From contig OZ250175.1 of the NCBI GenBank assembly GCA_965238155.1, positions 1,585,624 to 1,617,623 on the forward strand: a stretch of DNA of 32,000 nucleotides, given 5' to 3'. Below are positions 29,013 to 32,000 of the stretch, piece after piece. Every line of letters begins with the position of its first letter. The first letter of the stretch is position 1. Under the pieces are notes generated by a model that was given only the letters and a program-made list of their open reading frames with translations, ran no database searches and was not told the DNA's origin. A program made the translations under genes and the position numbers. Source of the DNA: Nitrosomonadaceae bacterium (GTDB taxonomy: Bacteria; Pseudomonadota; Gammaproteobacteria; Burkholderiales; Nitrosomonadaceae).

Positions 29013-29777
29013 ATGAATGATGATCAACTGCTACGCTATAGTCGCCATATTTTGCTACCGCAAATTGGCATACTGGGACAAGAAAAATTAATTAAATCTC
29101 GTGCTCTCATTATCGGTCTGGGTGGCCTGGGCTCCCCGGTTGCAATGTATCTTGCAGCCAGCGGAATTGGTGAATTGATTATTTGTGATAATGACAACGT
29201 CGATTTAACTAATCTACAGAGACAAACCATCCATAATAGCGAAACTGTTGGCATGTCAAAAGTCCAGTCTGCGACAAAAGCAATTGCTAAAATAAATCCT
29301 GAAATACATGTAGTTGCAATCCAGGAATATGTAGATGAAGAAAGGTTACAAAAATTAGTTACGAAAGCAGATGTAGTAATAGATGCAAGTGATAATTTTG
29401 TAACTCGTCACGCAATAAACCAAGTATGTGTAACTCACAGAAAACCTCTTGTATCCGGCGCCACTATCCGTTTCAATGGACAAGTATCTGTATTTGATTT
29501 AAGTAGCAGTGCCAGCCCCTGCTATCATTGTCTGTTTTCAAAATATGGCAGCAATGAAGATATGCATTGCGCAATAATGGGCGTGTTCTCCCCTTTAGTT
29601 GGGATTATTGGATGCATGCAAGCTGCAGAAGCGATCAAGATTTTACTTAATATAGGAAGAACGTTAAATGGTCGATTGATGTTGCTTGATGGTCTTACTA
29701 TGGAATGGCGCTCAGTTAAGCTGAATAAAGATCCTGCATGCGCTATATGTGGTATTAACAAGCCAAAAATAATTTAA
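29013..29777 (+). CDS. moeB: ThiF/MoeB-family adenylyltransferase, probably molybdopterin-synthase adenylyltransferase
   Basis: 254 aa with RYSRHILLPQIG, the nucleotide loop GLGGLGSP, and two CxxC pairs (CYHC and CAIC). Confidence 0.75.
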   Translation: MNDDQLLRYSRHILLPQIGILGQEKLIKSRALIIGLGGLGSPVAMYLAASGIGELIICDNDNVDLTNLQRQTIHNSETVGMSKVQSATKAIAKINPEIHVVAIQEYVDEERLQKLVTKADVVIDASDNFVTRHAINQVCVTHRKPLVSGATIRFNGQVSVFDLSSSASPCYHCLFSKYGSNEDMHCAIMGVFSPLVGIIGCMQAAEAIKILLNIGRTLNGRLMLLDGLTMEWRSVKLNKDPACAICGINKPKII

Positions 29778-29826
29778 ATTTAATTACGTTAGATGTATTA
29801 ATATTTTTATCAGGATATTGTTCAAA

Positions 29827-30732
<906 letters not shown>

Positions 30733-30824
30733 TTAGCTATTTTACACTGTGAATTACTATCTTGGGTATTCCACCGCTCATTTAGAACAACATGTCATAA
30801 TAAGCGGATTATTTACTACAGAAA

Positions 30825-32000
30825 CTAATAGTCATATTTAGGATTCATTTTTTCTGTTATGAGCTTCTCATCAAACCAACGGTATAAGACAGGGAGTACC
30901 ACCAACGTCAATAACGTTGAGGTAATCAATCCTCCGATAACTACAATTGCAAGGGGTCGCTGTACTTCTGATCCGGGACCGGTAGCAAAAAGGAATGGTA
31001 CTAACCCTAACATTGCAACAGTAGCAGTCATCAGAACCGGTCGGAATCGCTGAGCACATCCTTGAACAACAGCTTCAGATACATTCATACCTTCATTACG
31101 GAGTTTTTTAATATAAGAAATTAGTACCACACCGTTTAATACTGAAATTCCCCATAACGCGATAAAGCCTACTGAGGCAGGTACAGATAAGTATTCGCCA
31201 GTAATAAACAATGAAATTACCCCCCCTATGGAGGCAAACGGTAAGACTAAAATAATAAGCCCTGCAAGCTTGATTGAGTTAAACAATAGGTACAAAAGGA
31301 AAAAAATCCCTGCAATTGTGAGTGGCACAATTACTGAGAGTGTGTCCATAGCACGTTCCATACTTTCAAACTGCCCTCCCCACTGAAAAAAATATCCGAG
31401 GGGTAGTTTAACTTCCTCTGCTATGCGCTCCTGTATCTCTTTAACAAAACTACCCAAAGCCCGCCCACGAACATTGGCACCGACAACGACTCGGCGCTTT
31501 GCATTATCACGGGAAACTTGTGCAGGACCATCTATAATTTTGATACTTGCAAGTGTATGCAATGGCACCAAGGCACCATTAGGTGCTCGTATTAAAAGAT
31601 CATGAATTGCATCAATACTATTTCGAAATCGTTCTGGCAGACGTAGCGCAATTGCAAATCTTCTTTCTCCCTCAAATAAATTAGTAATTTCTTTTCCGCC
31701 TATGGCAGTTTCAATCAGCTCATTCACATCTGAAACGTTAATACCATGACGAGCTATAGCACGACGGTTTATTCTAATTGCCAATGACTGCTGGCCAGAG
31801 AGACGTTCAATACGAACATCGCGCGAACCGGGTACAGACCGAAGGATTCGTATAACCTGCTCTGACAACTGACGTAATTCTACCAGGTCATCACCAAATA
31901 TTTTTACAGCTATCTGTGAACGTACTCCTGTTACCATTTCATCCACTCGCTCTGCAATTGGTTGTGACATGACAATTTGTACACCAGGTAGTACTGCCAA
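30825..32000 (-). CDS. RND efflux permease, CzcA/CusA (heavy-metal efflux) type, C-terminal ~390 aa (5' end outside window)
   Basis: The frame is open to the window edge, and the TTG at 32000 is not a real start. Typical RND C-terminal half with TM7-12. ...AVKIFGDDLVELR... and ...RFRPVLMTATVAMLGLVPF... resemble the HME family. Confidence 0.8.
   Translation of the reverse strand: MAVLPGVQIVMSQPIAERVDEMVTGVRSQIAVKIFGDDLVELRQLSEQVIRILRSVPGSRDVRIERLSGQQSLAIRINRRAIARHGINVSDVNELIETAIGGKEITNLFEGERRFAIALRLPERFRNSIDAIHDLLIRAPNGALVPLHTLASIKIIDGPAQVSRDNAKRRVVVGANVRGRALGSFVKEIQERIAEEVKLPLGYFFQWGGQFESMERAMDTLSVIVPLTIAGIFFLLYLLFNSIKLAGLIILVLPFASIGGVISLFITGEYLSVPASVGFIALWGISVLNGVVLISYIKKLRNEGMNVSEAVVQGCAQRFRPVLMTATVAMLGLVPFLFATGPGSEVQRPLAIVVIGGLITSTLLTLVVLPVLYRWFDEKLITEKMNPKYDY

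Overview
This window is ordinary core chromosome, about 40% G+C by eye. It comes from an ammonia-oxidising betaproteobacterium, most likely Nitrosomonas-like. That inference rests on an unmistakable AmoC, an EF-P(Arg32)/EarP pair and beta/gamma-proteobacterial synteny blocks. I see no rRNA, tRNA, CRISPR, transposase, integrase, phage or recognisable defence genes, and I do not find a convincing novel multi-gene system. Gene content, left to right: a partial MFS transporter, efp-earP, aroC, a frameshifted M17 aminopeptidase, thyA-folA, a eukaryote-type ornithine decarboxylase, dcd, apbC/mrp and metG. metG is followed directly by an Sqs-type squalene synthase, a frameshifted RidA, a USP, a Sel1-repeat protein and a singleton amoC. 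Next come a bioBFHCD operon without bioA, gpsA-SH3-secB-grxC-rhodanese, gpmA, a frameshifted EnvC-like M23 protein, ctpA, moeB, argB and a partial CzcA/CusA-type RND pump. Six things deserve a second look. (1) The orphan amoC has a sigma-E-like promoter motif and a strong 3' hairpin. (2) Directly downstream is a decayed gene for a secreted, C-terminally anchored protein whose mature N-terminus would be His. (3) A perfect (AGGCTT)15 hexanucleotide microsatellite lies upstream of the ODC promoter. (4) A candidate 21-codon leader ORF with its own SD sits in the ODC 5' leader. (5) There are four clear CDS frame disruptions and one possible one. Each is repaired by adding exactly one base, and at least three sit at homopolymers, which points to systematic base under-calling rather than biology. 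(6) MetRS ends exactly at the boundary of the usual C-terminal tRNA-binding domain.
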